Source: Ostrea edulis
Taxonomy: Eukaryota
Direction: 5' to 3'
Length of the DNA: 64,000 bases
NCBI RefSeq assembly: GCF_947568905.1
Contig: NC_079166.1
Span: forward strand, 10,478,001-10,542,000
Shown: piece after piece, positions 40,723-52,909 of the stretch
How positions within the stretch are numbered: position 1 is the stretch's first letter
How the letters are laid out: each line of letters begins with the position of its first letter
Made by a program: the position numbers and the translations under genes
Notes under the pieces: generated by a model
Database searches by the model: none
What the model was told of the DNA's origin: nothing
What the model saw: the letters and a program-made list of their open reading frames with translations, nothing else

Positions 40723-41755
40723 CTCATCATAACAAAAGTGATGATATTTTGTACCCTGTAGCGAAAGCGATAAATCCATGAAGTCACAAAGTTTTAAAAA
40801 CAAATCTAATTGTGTGATGATACAATTTATTTTTATGGAGTTTTAATCCGTCATTCAAATTTGATGATACATATAGAAAGAAACACTAATTTGTAAATTA
40901 TTTTAAGAAGGACGAACATATAATGCGAATTGTTGAGTTTTGTTTAAGTTATTGCGCAAACACCAAAACTATGATTACATGTATCAGGGTAACTCAAATA
41001 AGCATGTTTTTACAGTGAATAGCTGATTATCGGGTTTTGTTTTTATCACATTAGACGATGAATATATGTATGTACTTTTCATCATGGATATTATATAATT
41101 TGTAAATATTTAGTAAGATGATTTCCTAATTTATACTGTAAAGAATAATTTGAAACAAACCCTGAGCACATCTTAGCTCTAGGCATGCTGTTTGATGAAT
41201 AAGGACTAAATGATTTTTCTTCTTCTTCCACTACGGAGGTATATTACGGAGGTAATCTATTAACAAAGTTCAAGGTATTAATTTCCAATAGAGGGGTGGG
41301 GGTGTATTATGGTCTTGTACGGATGTTGGCGTGAGGGGTAATTAGTTAAGGATGGCGGTAACAAAATTCCTACTGAGTGGTTATAGTGAGTAAATGCTAT
41401 ACTGAGGCAGTGGCGGATTCAGCGTCGGACGTACCTCCTCCCCCTTCCTTTAAAGCTGTATATGACCCATGCTAATATATTATTTCTGTACAAAATTACT
41501 TTAAATCAGTTTTGGGGTCGGCTCTCGAAGCGAGATGCTCCTTACTGTAAACCGGCGTCTTTGAACGTGGATTTTCAGCGGCTCACAGACTCGTCTGTTT
41601 ATTCTTACACCGACAGCAAATAAAGCCCGCGCACAAAGGTGTTCAAAAATTTTATTTGTTTTTGGACAACTTTATCAAGTTTTGAAGACAGGTCATATGT
41701 TGACATTCTATAACCATGCAATTTAAATGAGTACCCTCAATACGTTCAAAGGAAC

Positions 41756-42274
41756 TGTAATGTGTAGCGGTTAACCATCCGAGGGTTGGTCACGCTCGTC
41801 ATTGCTAAACTTGCGTGATTATGAGAGATACTCTACCACATCACTAGAAAATCTAGCTCTCCAGCGAGGCAGTATGGGTTCCCTCTATACTGTCTGCTAC
41901 ACCCCCCCACCCCCCGTGCTCAAGGAAGATTTGTCCCGAAACTTAGCGTGAGTCCCAGCTCTCTGAGTATTTCGGCATCTCCTCAGCAACGACATCCGCC
42001 ATTCCTGACGACAACCAATGCCGTCTGCGGACGAAACTACGTCCGTACATATAGACACAAAGCCCCAGAGCTCCGAAGAGATTTTTACCAAACATCAAAG
42101 TCACTATACACTGCTACCATTCTGTAACGTGTAGCGGTCACCCAGACAAGTGCTGATGCACGCTCGCCGTAGCTTAACTTGCATAACGAAGAGAGATATA
42201 CTCTACCACAAAACTAGAAAAGCTAGCTATCTAGTAGCGAGGCAGTATGAGTTCCTTCTATACTGTCCACTACA
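41756..42274 (-). mobile_element. TRIM-like miniature LTR retrotransposon (519 bp)
   Basis: Two diverged TG...CA direct repeats (42123-42274, 41756-41901). On the minus strand, PBS TGGTAGCAGTG lies 3 nt after the 5' LTR and PPT GGGGGGTGGGGGGG abuts the 3' LTR. Flanks GAAC/AAAC; empty site AAAC at about 48210. Confidence 0.75.
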
Positions 42275-42996
42275 AAACTCTGCAGTGTGCATGAATGCAT
42301 GATGTATGATTTAGTGTCACATACGATTGTACTCGTGACGTCTGTGTATAAATAAATCAACGATATAATAAACAGATACTTGTAATTTCGTAAACATGAA
42401 AGAAATAGTGCTATGATTTTTAGAGTAAACATTTTACAGTAAAGAAAGTAAATGTCTCGCTTTCTTTGGTTGAAAGAGCATGGTAAATATTTGAAAATGG
42501 TATGGGTCTGTTACGAACGATTCATACTCCAAGTCGAGGCCTCATCGAAAGTGTATAAAAGCATATATCATATGACTATTTCGCGGGAATCTATTTGGGT
42601 GAGATAGAGAACGCAAGTCAAGTCAGTTGTGTTTCGCATTTAGATTATTCTGCAATCATTTAACAACTTCTAAAGTGATGACTTAGCAACAATGCTGATT
42701 GGATGAAAAATTCGTCTGATTTCTTAGTAAAAAAAATTCGTCCGAAGTCCATCTGCTCTAAGTACACGTGACTAATTTTAGCGCTATTTATAGAACGGGA
42801 ATTTCTACACAAATACTGTAAAGGAACTATATTCGTATAAATATTTTTTCATTGCTACCAAAAATAAACACAATCAAATATATGAGTAAATTACAAAATT
42901 AATTTAAAGACACAACACACAGTGATGACGTGGCAGAATAGTCAACTTGATGACGGAGGCCACTGACTGGTAGAAGAAGTAGACAGATAGTTAATA

Positions 42997-43255
42997 CGAG
43001 TTACCGGTATATATAAATTGTCTTCTGCTTAACGAGTTACCGGTATATATAAATTGTCTTCTGCTTAACGAGTTACCGGTATATATAAATTATCGTCTGC
43101 TTAACGAGTTACCGGTATATATAAATTCTCGTCTACTTAACGAGTTACCGGTATATATAAATTATCTTCAGCTTAACGAGTTACCGGTACATATAAATTA
43201 TCGTCTGCTTAACGAGTTACCGGTATATATAAATTATCGTCTGCTTAACGAGTTC
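42997..43255. repeat. 36-bp minisatellite, about 7 copies
   Basis: Unit ACGAGTTACCGGTATATATAAATTATCGTCTGCTTA. Confidence 0.95.
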
Positions 43256-43518
43256 GATAACGTGACGGAACAAGCGGCGAATTTTGATCTTGTACTGCTT
43301 GATATGGGGGCTCAACGAGGATATATTGAAACGGAGCAGAGTCGCATTCCACCGTTCCTAAGACACAACCAGTGTTAAAAACTTCTCCAACACAAAGCAG
43401 CATACATCCAGTCACCGCTTGTTCTCTTCAGGAGTTTATACACATCTAATTTTAGCTTTTACCCTTTACACCTTTAATTTGGCGTATAATCTATTTAATT
43501 CTGCTCAGTAACTCTACA

Positions 43519-43608
43519 AGTAAGTCTCCTTTGTACTGTGCTTCGAAGCGTGGACATACGGAACTGGTAGAATTTCTTCTTAAACATGGTGCAGATCAGC
43601 ACTGTTTC
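43519..43608 (+). pseudogene. Short remnant copy of the ankyrin-coding region of the receptor gene
   Basis: AGTAAGTCTCCTTTGTACTGTGCTTCGAAGCGTGGACAT...CATGGTGCAGAT matches about 32814-32889, then jumps to CAGCACTGTTTC (about 32919). Confidence 0.85.
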
Positions 43609-43789
43609 CAGGGGCGGATCCAGGAATTGTGGTTAGGGGGGAGGGGCGCCACTTTATGAGGCAGTGGCTCCAGGGCGAAGCCCTGGTGGGCGTCCAGGGG
43701 GCGAAGCCCCTGGAAGCTCCTGGATATTACAGATTTTATGGGGCTTGAAATATTTTCTTCATTTCAATATGTACATATAACAGGAAGTT

Positions 43790-44303
43790 ATCTTTGTGAT
43801 ATTGTTGTACATCAGCTAATTATTGTACAACTTTGTGATATTGCTGTACATCAGCTAATTATTGTACAACTTTGTGATATTGCTGTACATCAGCTAATTA
43901 TTGTACAACTTTGTGATATTGTTGTACATCAGCTAATTATTGTACAACTTTGTGATATTGCTGTACATCAGCTAATTATTGTACAACTTTGTGATATTGC
44001 TGTACATCAGCTAATTATTGTACAACTTTGTGATATTGCTGTACATCAGCTAATTATTGTACAACTTTGTGATATTGCTGTACATCAGCTAATTATTGTA
44101 CAACTTTGTGATATTGCTGTACATCAGCTAATTATTGTACAACTTTGTGATATTGTTGTACATCAGCTAATTATTGTACAACTTTGTGATATTGCTGTAC
44201 ATCAGCTAATTATTGTACAACTTTGTGATATTGCTGTACATCAGCTAATTATTGTACAACTTTGTGACATTGTTGTACATCAGCTAATTATTGTACAACT
44301 TTG
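43790..44303. repeat. 39-bp minisatellite, about 13 copies
   Basis: Unit CTTTGTGATATTGCTGTACATCAGCTAATTATTGTACAA. Confidence 0.97.
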
Positions 44304-44571
44304 ATCGAGGTAGAGGGCTCAGAATCAGTCTGCTGTCAAACCCCATTCAATATACGCTGAATGAAGTAAAGATTTGAATGTAAAAATCACTTGATACTAT
44401 GTGTAAAATTGACATGGAACTTCAAATTAAAAGTTTACAGATTTAAAGTTGACTCAGAACCATTAGCGAACATACCACAACCAATACATTATTTAATTAA
44501 AGATATGTTTTTATATTCTCAAAGTTATTCATGACTTGCAAATTATAATAGTAGGCAAACAAACAGACACA

Positions 44572-44636
<65 letters not shown>

Positions 44637-44749
44637 ATGTTCTCTCACGATAAGCGATTGATACATCAGGTATCACTGAACGGAATCTCGTATTTAAGTG
44701 AGATTTGACAGAAATATAAAATATAAGATAGACTTTAACTGTTTCTTCT

Positions 44750-45115
44750 AGTACTGATAGTACTTACACTATAAAATACAAAAATACTGATAGTACTTAC
44801 ACTATAAAATACAATAATACTGATAGTACTTACACTATAAAATACAAAAATACTGATAGTACTTACACTATAAAATACAATAATACTGATAGTACTTACA
44901 CTATAAAATACAATAATACTGATAGTACTTACACTATAAAATACAAAAATACTGATAGTACTTACACTATAAAATACAATAATACTGATAGTACTTACAC
45001 TATAAAATACAATAATACTGATAGTACTTACACTATAAAATACAAAAATACTGATAGTACTTACACTATAAAATATAATAATACTGATAGTACTTACACT
45101 ATAAAATAAAATAAT
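44750..45115. repeat. 33-bp minisatellite, about 11 copies
   Basis: Unit TACTGATAGTACTTACACTATAAAATACAA(T/A)AA. Confidence 0.97.
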
Positions 45116-45373
45116 AACCTTCACACACAGACTAACGAAACCAAACGAGGAAGAAAAACCAACGTTTACTACATAATAAACAACTTACAATCAACAATCA
45201 GTGTCACAGCACAACGAACGTACAATAACACAAACAGCTGTCACAGCGATAAATTATTGACTGTCCATGCAGAATATATATAGGTATGACGTAGAAATAA
45301 CACTCAAATGCACGTGCAGTTTATGTATATAAATAGTTTGTCAGCTGTTCATTGATTGATTACAAGGGCAAAT

Positions 45374-46953
45374 ATGGCGTACTTGAGGATAGGGATTTGT
45401 CTGTGCTTACTGGGGCTAGTATATGGCCTGGGTGGTAGGAGAACAGGGGGACTTTCTACACGAGTTTTCTCAATAGATCAAACAGCTACGGATGTCGTTA
45501 ACAGTGTATGTATCCCCCCCCTCTCTCTCTCTCTCTCTCTCATATCAATCAAGGGTAATGCAGTGCTTTTGTGTAACATCCGGGGGATTTATTTAATAGT
45601 TGATGTGAAATTAGTCCAAGAAATTCTAATGTAATATTTATTAACAGGTGAAAAATGAAATACGTGGCCGACTTACTGCAGGCGATGTAACGGACATTTT
45701 TGAGCCCATTTCCTACAAAACTCAACTAGTAGCAGGGACCAACTACTTCGTCAAGGTATATATTTGTATTAATTAAATATCGCAATGTACATTTGTATTT
45801 GTAAGGGAAAATCTTGATTTAGCTGGTGGTAATTCGCATATGAAATATCATATGTTGTTTACTGCAATCAGAACGTGTGGGACCTGTATTCGGATTCAGT
45901 GCATAGATCTGATTTACCTTGTGACGTCAGATACAAATGCCGACACGATACTGCTATACTAAAAGTGACCATTTCCCGGTCGCTATAAGTCTATTTAAGA
46001 TGTTATATGTAGGATATGGTCTACAGCCTCTCTTATTGCTTAAGTTTCAACACATCAATTGTATTAAAATTAAAAAGTCCATTGCTAACGAAGCTTGCTG
46101 CATATTACGGAAACTTTAATCAGCACATGCACTTATATATGCATTACACAGAGTAAAAGAAATCTTTTGTTCTCTCTTGACGTTGTCCTGCTGTCGTGGT
46201 TTTTTGTTTTTTTAATTTGTTCGCCTTCATTATCATTCTTATTAGGATGTGTGGTGAAGTGCTCAACAGGGCGAAATTGTCATTCAAGTGGCAGGTTTTT
46301 ACTTTGGTTTTCTTCTGTAATCAGATATTTGTAAACGGATGTAAAAGTCATATTTTGTCATTTGTGAATTATGTCGTGAGACTTGTCCATCTCTCTGCTC
46401 GTTTGAATGTCTGTAAAGCTAGTAACTGGCAGGTGAAACTAACACAAGTCTTATCGTGAAGCTTACGGTTTACAAATGGTGTCTGTACTAGGTAGTATAC
46501 ACTGAAAGCTAAAATAACCCCTATATCCCCCCAAACAAAAGTTTCTTTTTGATTTAATTACATTTTTTTTGTATTAGTTATTGTAAACATTTTTTATTGC
46601 AACATAAATAGGTACATGCAGTACATTCAACAATGAAGATTAATTTACTACAGAAATATAAATTGTTAAGTAGGATTCGGAAACAAGTTATAAAACTTGT
46701 ATTAATCCGTTTTCTATGTGTAGATTTACAGTTGTAATGTTGATCCGCCTAAATTGGAGGTATAAGATATTGTTTTGACAGTAATTATGTGATTAAGATG
46801 AGTAATAATGCTAATTATTGGTAATTATTTCAGATAAAGACAGCTGCTGATCGCTATATCCATGCTCGCATATACCGCGACTTCTCCGGAAATACATCCC
46901 TATCTGATGTGCAGACCGGGAAATCCCTTGCTGACGAAATTTCGTATTTTTAG
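45374..46953 (+). CDS. Stefin-type (type 1, cystatin A/B-like) cysteine-protease inhibitor with N-terminal signal peptide, 119 aa
   Basis: Exons 45374-45505, 45648-45755, 46834-46953, both introns phase 0. Hydrophobic N-terminus MAYLRIGICLCLLGLVYG. N-terminal GG, QLVAGTNYFVK (QxVxG) and C-terminal KSLADEISYF are stefin-like. No Cys in the mature part. Confidence 0.92.
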
Positions 46954-47766
46954 TTCATCATAACAAAAGTGATGCTATTTTATACCCTGTAGCGAAAGCG
47001 ATAAATCCAGGAAGTCACAAAGTTTTAAAAATAAATCCATTTGCGTGATGATAAAATTTATTTTTATAGATTTTTTAAATCCATCATATGATGATAGGAT
47101 AATAGGAAGAACACTAATTAGTAACTATTTTTTTTAAATACATGTAATGCGAATTGTTGAGTTTCGTGCAAGTTATTGAGCAAGCACTAAAACTCTGATT
47201 ATCAGGGTAACCGAAATAAAACTTATTTTACATTTATTAGTTCATTGTCCTTTTTTTTTTTTTTATCACATTAGAATATTTACATGTACATGTATATGCA
47301 TCTTTCATCATGGATATTATGTAATTTGTAAATATTTAGCAAGAGCCCCCCCCCCCCCCCCCCTCTCAAAGATTCCCTGATAATTTGTACGGTAAAGAAT
47401 GATTTGCAACAAACCCTGAGCACATTTTAGCTCTAGACATGTTGTTTAGTGACTAAGGAATAAACGGTATTTTTCTTCCACTACGGGGGTATATTACAGA
47501 GTAGTTTACATGTATTAACGAACTCCAAGGTATTAATTTGCAATATAGGGGGTGGGGGGTATTATGGTCTTACACGGATGTTGGCGTGAGGGGTAATTAG
47601 TGTCGGTAGAAAAATTCCTGCTGAGTGAATGCTATATTGAGGGAGTGGCGGATTCAGCGCCTCTTTAAAGCTTTATATACATGTACATGTAGCCCATGTC
47701 GATCTATTATTTTTTGTGCAGAGTAAATAGTTATTGAGTCAGCTTGCTGTCACCGGCGTCCCTTAA

Positions 47767-48111
47767 GGAGTGTGCTACACCGGAGAAATTTGATATGGAT
47801 GAAAAGTGGAGGATGTGTAGTGATATTTTGAAATTGAAAACTTTTCAATTTACTTTTTTTAGTCTAAAAAGCAATTTTAGTAGAAAGCAATCTGGAAAAA
47901 AAAAATTAAAGCGCCTGCTAGACTCGAAACCGCAATCTACAGTTCAGCAGTCGACCTGCTTTTTTTTTTTTTTCTCTTTCGACCTGCTAACCTTCTGAGC
48001 TACTCAGCTAGGCTATGGCTTTTGAAATGAATAGACAAATATTGCTGATATTTATATTTTCATCCATGTTTTGAAAGGAAGTCAGCCATCATGACGATGT
48101 ATAGTATATCC
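47767..48111. mobile_element. TTAA-flanked insertion (Kolobok-like MITE) containing a tRNA-like segment
   Basis: TTAA at 47763-47766 and 48112-48115; weak TIRs beginning GGA. Absent from the paralogous duplicated segment near 41560. Confidence 0.5.
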
Positions 48112-49182
48112 TTAATCAAATCAATCCCGCGCATAAAGTTTTGAAGACATATTATATGTTGATATCTTATATCAATGTAATTTAAATGAATCCCCTCAAT
48201 ATGTTTAAAGAAACTATATAGTACGCATGAATACATTTAGTATGCAAATATTAAGTATCACATGTGATTGTACCTGTGATGTGTGTATAAATAAATCAAC
48301 TTCAAAAAATGGATAATTTCGTAAGCATGAAACAAATAGTGCTATGATTTTTATGTAACTATTCGTTGAAGATTACCTCTTCCAGTTGAAAATGAAGTGC
48401 GAATTCACTCGCAGACCCTTTCGGCTTTTGATTAAAGTTATTACCTTCCCTTCCTCCTTGAACACATATACATGAAAAATGAAACAGCGAGATTACTAGT
48501 ATTTAAAACGTAAATATAGCGAGTACGCATAAATTATATTTGCCGCTTGTGAAATTTGTTAGGCGTCTATAAATTGCCCCCACTGGCGTCAAGGGAATAT
48601 CAATATGATGCATATAACTTCTGAGCGTATTTCTAGACACTCTCTAGAATTTTCTCAAATAATTCGAAAACGTTTTTAAAGGTATATGTGCCGTATTAAA
48701 CAGTATTTTGATCGATGTTAAATACCAGACTAAAATTTTGTCATTATGATAAACTATGAAAAATTATATGATTTGAAAATTTCCACAAATTATATATGGG
48801 TAATGAAAGGAGTATTGGTCTACGCAGTGTATGGAGAAACAGGTGATTTTCTAATGTATATTTATGAAGGAATGATGTTTATAGTGGATGTGCGAAAACG
48901 CGAGAGAAAAATGAGAAAATACTATTGGAAACACCATGGTAGATTTACAGTATGTAGTCGTACTGAATGGTGATTTCATGTCGACATTGAATTTAATCCC
49001 CCTCTATAGCGCAAACTGGTTCTCTCTACCCTGTTTCCTCTACTGTCCTTTATCGCTGAATGTGTCCCGTCAACAGCCTGCAGGCTGACCACGCTTTCAC
49101 GTCGTCAAGCTTCTTTTATCGTTTACATTTTTCTAACCAAGATAACGCGATTTACCTTGAATTTGAAAATTGTAAGGGGGGG

Positions 49183-49213
<31 letters not shown>

Positions 49214-49637
49214 TTAAATCCGTTACTGGTTTTTGCATCCACTGTACATTATGAATATTTATACGTGTGACATGATATAATGGAGTGTATGTAACATTTT
49301 TTATATGACCTACCAACTCACTACTTAGGTACCTCGTCATCTATAGTACTGCAGCACAGCGTAAACAATAAAACTAGTGTGTACCTATAGCTATATATGT
49401 ACAATGTATATGGGTTTTCTTCTGATATAAATCACTGAAATTAAATTCATGTTTGACAATATACATATACATCACAGTCAATACGTTTCCTATTGCTATT
49501 TACACATGTACTGTATAACATAATTCACTGTTATAATGTTTTATCAGATGTATATGATTTTGTAATTGCAGTGCTGTTACAGGTATGTGTCCAATCCAGC
49601 GGCGGCCCTAGGTGAGGATCAAAAGGGGGTCTCCGTG

Positions 49638-49837
49638 NNNNNNNNNNNNNNNNNNNNNNNNNNNNNNNNNNNNNNNNNNNNNNNNNNNNNNNNNNNNNNN
49701 NNNNNNNNNNNNNNNNNNNNNNNNNNNNNNNNNNNNNNNNNNNNNNNNNNNNNNNNNNNNNNNNNNNNNNNNNNNNNNNNNNNNNNNNNNNNNNNNNNNN
49801 NNNNNNNNNNNNNNNNNNNNNNNNNNNNNNNNNNNNN
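49638..49837. other. Assembly gap (200 N)
   Basis: Run of N. Confidence 1.
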
Positions 49838-50044
49838 GGGTGTGGTGAATTTCTGGTGAAAATGGGGATGGGGTCATATTCGGTCACGAGGGGATAGGAA
49901 AGATCGAATGTAAACAATACCCTCGTTTCCAAGAAATGAGGATGTGGTTTAAACTGTTTCTCGGGGGGGGGGGGGGGGATGCTTATTTATAGTTTTGTTT
50001 CTTACAGGTTGGCATTTTTGATTTAGAACTTTTCAAGGTTATTC

Positions 50045-50089
<45 letters not shown>

Positions 50090-50143
50090 CAATTGGCAAA
50101 AGAACTGGGGTTTGACATAGAATACTGCAGTTAGTGACAGTCC

Positions 50144-50508
50144 GTATTTTTCACTGTATATCGTTATTGCTATATGCAGTCTATACGCAATTTTAATTAC
50201 ACGATTATGTCGCTATTGACAGAAATAAATAAATAAATCCTAGTTTAGTCCCCATACATTCATTACAAAACCGATCATGATTCGATATCAACACGACATC
50301 GTCAGTCGATATCAATATGCACCACTATAATTATCACATACCTTTACTGACGATATCGTGTTGATATCGAATCATGATCGGTTTTGTAATGAATGTATGG
50401 GGACTAAACTAGGATTTATTTATTTATTTCTGTCAATAGCGACATAATCGTGTAATTAAAATTGCGTATAGACTGCATATAGCAATAACGATATACAGTG
50501 AAAAATAC
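50144..50508. repeat. Near-perfect long inverted repeat (163-bp arms, 39-bp spacer)
   Basis: 50144-50306 is the reverse complement of 50346-50508, with one mismatch seen. Confidence 0.95.
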
Positions 50509-50759
50509 ATACGGGTTCAAGCCCAGTATTCCGACGGTCCGATAGTCCGACGGGCCGGTAGTCCGACGGTCCGATAGTCCGACGGTTCAATATTCCGACG
50601 GTCCAATAGCCCGACATGTTGACCATCACCAAAAATGTTAATCAATAGAGTTAAAACGTATTCATGTCAAGCATTATTTTAAGGAAATTACCAGAAACCG
50701 CCAAAATCGACACGGCCTGATTATAAATCAGACAATCAATTTCTGACCAAAATCATTCA

Positions 50760-51120
50760 AGTGTAAACTTACGGCGGCGTAGAAAGGCCATATATAAATA
50801 TATTATTCGTTCGGACGAATTAGCTATTTGTTCGGACATATTAGTAATTCGTTCGGACAAATTAGTAATTCGTTCGGACGAATTACCGATTTGTTCGGAC
50901 GAAATAGAAAATCGTTCGGACAAATTAGGAATTTGTTCGGACGAATTAGCTATTTGTTCGGACAAATTAGCAATTTGTTCGGACGAATTAGCTATTTGAT
51001 CGGACATATCAGTAATTCGTTCGGACAAATTAGTAATTCGTTCGGACGAATTATGGATTTGTTCGGACGAAATAGACATTCGTTCGGACAAATTAGCCAT
51101 TTGTTCGGACGAATTTGTTA
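50760..51120. repeat. 21-bp degenerate minisatellite, about 15 units, probably within a Helitron/HINE-type element
   Basis: Repeated TTCGTTCGGAC(G/A)AATTAG... next to CTTACGGCGGCGTAGAAAGGCCAT. Confidence 0.8.
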
Positions 51121-52909
51121 TTAGCTATAAGCTAAGGCAACGCCAATGCCGTAGTCAAACACCGTAAAGTGTTGGTAGGAGAGCACAAAACTTAGATTGG
51201 GACACATGCTAAAATGGGATTCAATTCCAAAATTTTCCACATAAACGTCATGAAGATGGTGACGGTAACCTACATAATCACCCCCAACCCCTGAAATAAC
51301 AAGCTAAAAATGGTAGGAATCCCTACACCCTGCTCAGTCTTAAAAGTTTGAAGTAGGCCTCAAACCCACCCCCCCCCCCCACCCACCCCCACCCCCATCC
51401 ACGGGCAAAAGTTTATTAAATGAAAATTTTCTGTATAACGGGGCATAACACAATCAATAAGGAAATCAATTTTTGTATGGAAAGACAATAATGCAATTAT
51501 GCGCCAATCAGAGCCTATCTAAGTTTTTCAACGGAAATCTGTATATCCGAATTTTATACCAATTTTATGGTATACCTTTCTTTATAGCAAATAACAATTT
51601 TTGAACAGAAATTTCTTGCACTAGAATTAAGGGGAGGATGTTATCAAACAACATTTGATATAAAGATGAGGATCTCGTTTGGGGTCCCAGAAGTGTAAGG
51701 AGGGGGCACATACATACTCTTGTCTCCACTCCCTACTTTTGAAAGTGTTAAGGGGACACGAACAGGCGCGTGGCATCGTTTTTGAAAGGGGGAAGCTGGG
51801 GGCCAGCCAGAAAGGATTAGTGGGAGGGAGGCAGCCGAACCAAAAAGAGTTTTAACATGTAAAAAAGAAGAAAGGAATTTTTTTTAAAAGTGGGGAAGGG
51901 ATCAGCCCCCCCCCCCCCCTCTGTTGATACGTCCCTGACGAGTATCCGTTGTCAGCCCTCCCTACAAGCCTATATATATCTGTATATATGTATACCTACA
52001 TATATCTACATAGCTCTCTATAAAGACACGATGAAAATGTTCCTTAAATTCAGCATACATACATACAGACAGACAGACATACATACAGACACACACACAG
52101 CGAGTAGGAATGAATGAACCCACGGGTGATGGAGAAAGGAACGAAGCGTAATCAACCGTCGGCTTCCGACGATGCCGAAATATATACATGTAGATGTAGG
52201 TGGGTACCTGTAAAGTGCGAAACGAAACGAAATCTACCGAAACGAAAACCCACCGAAATGAAATGAAACAGATTGTATAACCGAACTCTTTTATTAGAAA
52301 TGGTATCTTAGGCCCCTGTGAATATTACCACATGTAAATAAAATTCGCTTCCCCTTTGATATAGGCTTTCAGCTTGACTGGTACACAGCTTTAAAAGCTG
52401 GAAAGGGCGGGGGGAGGTGGTGAGTAAGCAAAATGTACATATCCGAAGTTGATTAAATAACATGTGCAATTAGTTTCAGATCAATAAATTTCAGAACGGA
52501 GAGTTACAGTCTCAGAGGTCTGGCGAAACACACTAAACAAGGGGTGGGGTCGCTGGCGTTGGATCCGCTTTTGGGTATAGATACATTGTTTTAAGAAACT
52601 GGTGTCTGAGAAATTTGAAAGCAGGAAGAGCTCTTAACCTTTTATTTTATCTCTAACTGCTGAGGTGCGAGTACTTTCAATAATGGAAAAAGTTAGATAG
52701 TATACCATATTATATGAATGCAATTCGGTAAAAAATATATATATGTGTGTTATTAAAAATTATTATTGATATGTAGTGAGTCTAAATATAACTCTATACA
52801 TTTGTTTTGTTGCTAGGACGGGGAATTGAAAACGGGAAGGAAAGCAGAATTTTTTATGCAATAATATCAGGAGGAGGTCAGCATTTTGTAAACTCAAAAG
52901 GCTTATGAA

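Larger units (their letters stand above)
39745..42430 (+). repeat. Segmental duplicate of about 46300-48365 (cystatin intron 2, exon 3 and 3' flank)
   Basis: Colinear shared blocks, e.g. GAATGTCTGTAAAGCTAG, CCCTGTAGCGAAAGCGATAAATCC, ACAAACCCTGAGCACAT, GGATGTTGGCGTGAGGGGTAATTAG. Confidence 0.9.

Noticed and set aside
42997-45115. Regular repeat arrays as possible CRISPR arrays
   Set aside because: Units are head-to-tail with no unique spacers, there are no cas genes, and the context is eukaryotic.
43738-45124. Repetitive ORFs of 188 aa and 129 aa (also 10320-10725, 11151-11393, 50753-51124)
   Set aside because: By-products of minisatellites with 3n-length units; no splice or domain support.
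47920-48010. tRNA gene (also 15000-15030, 27010-27070)
   Set aside because: Only partial A/B boxes without a complete cloverleaf; embedded in repeats or SINEs.
49531-49932. ORFs spanning N runs (also 3761-3987)
   Set aside because: Artefacts of assembly gaps.
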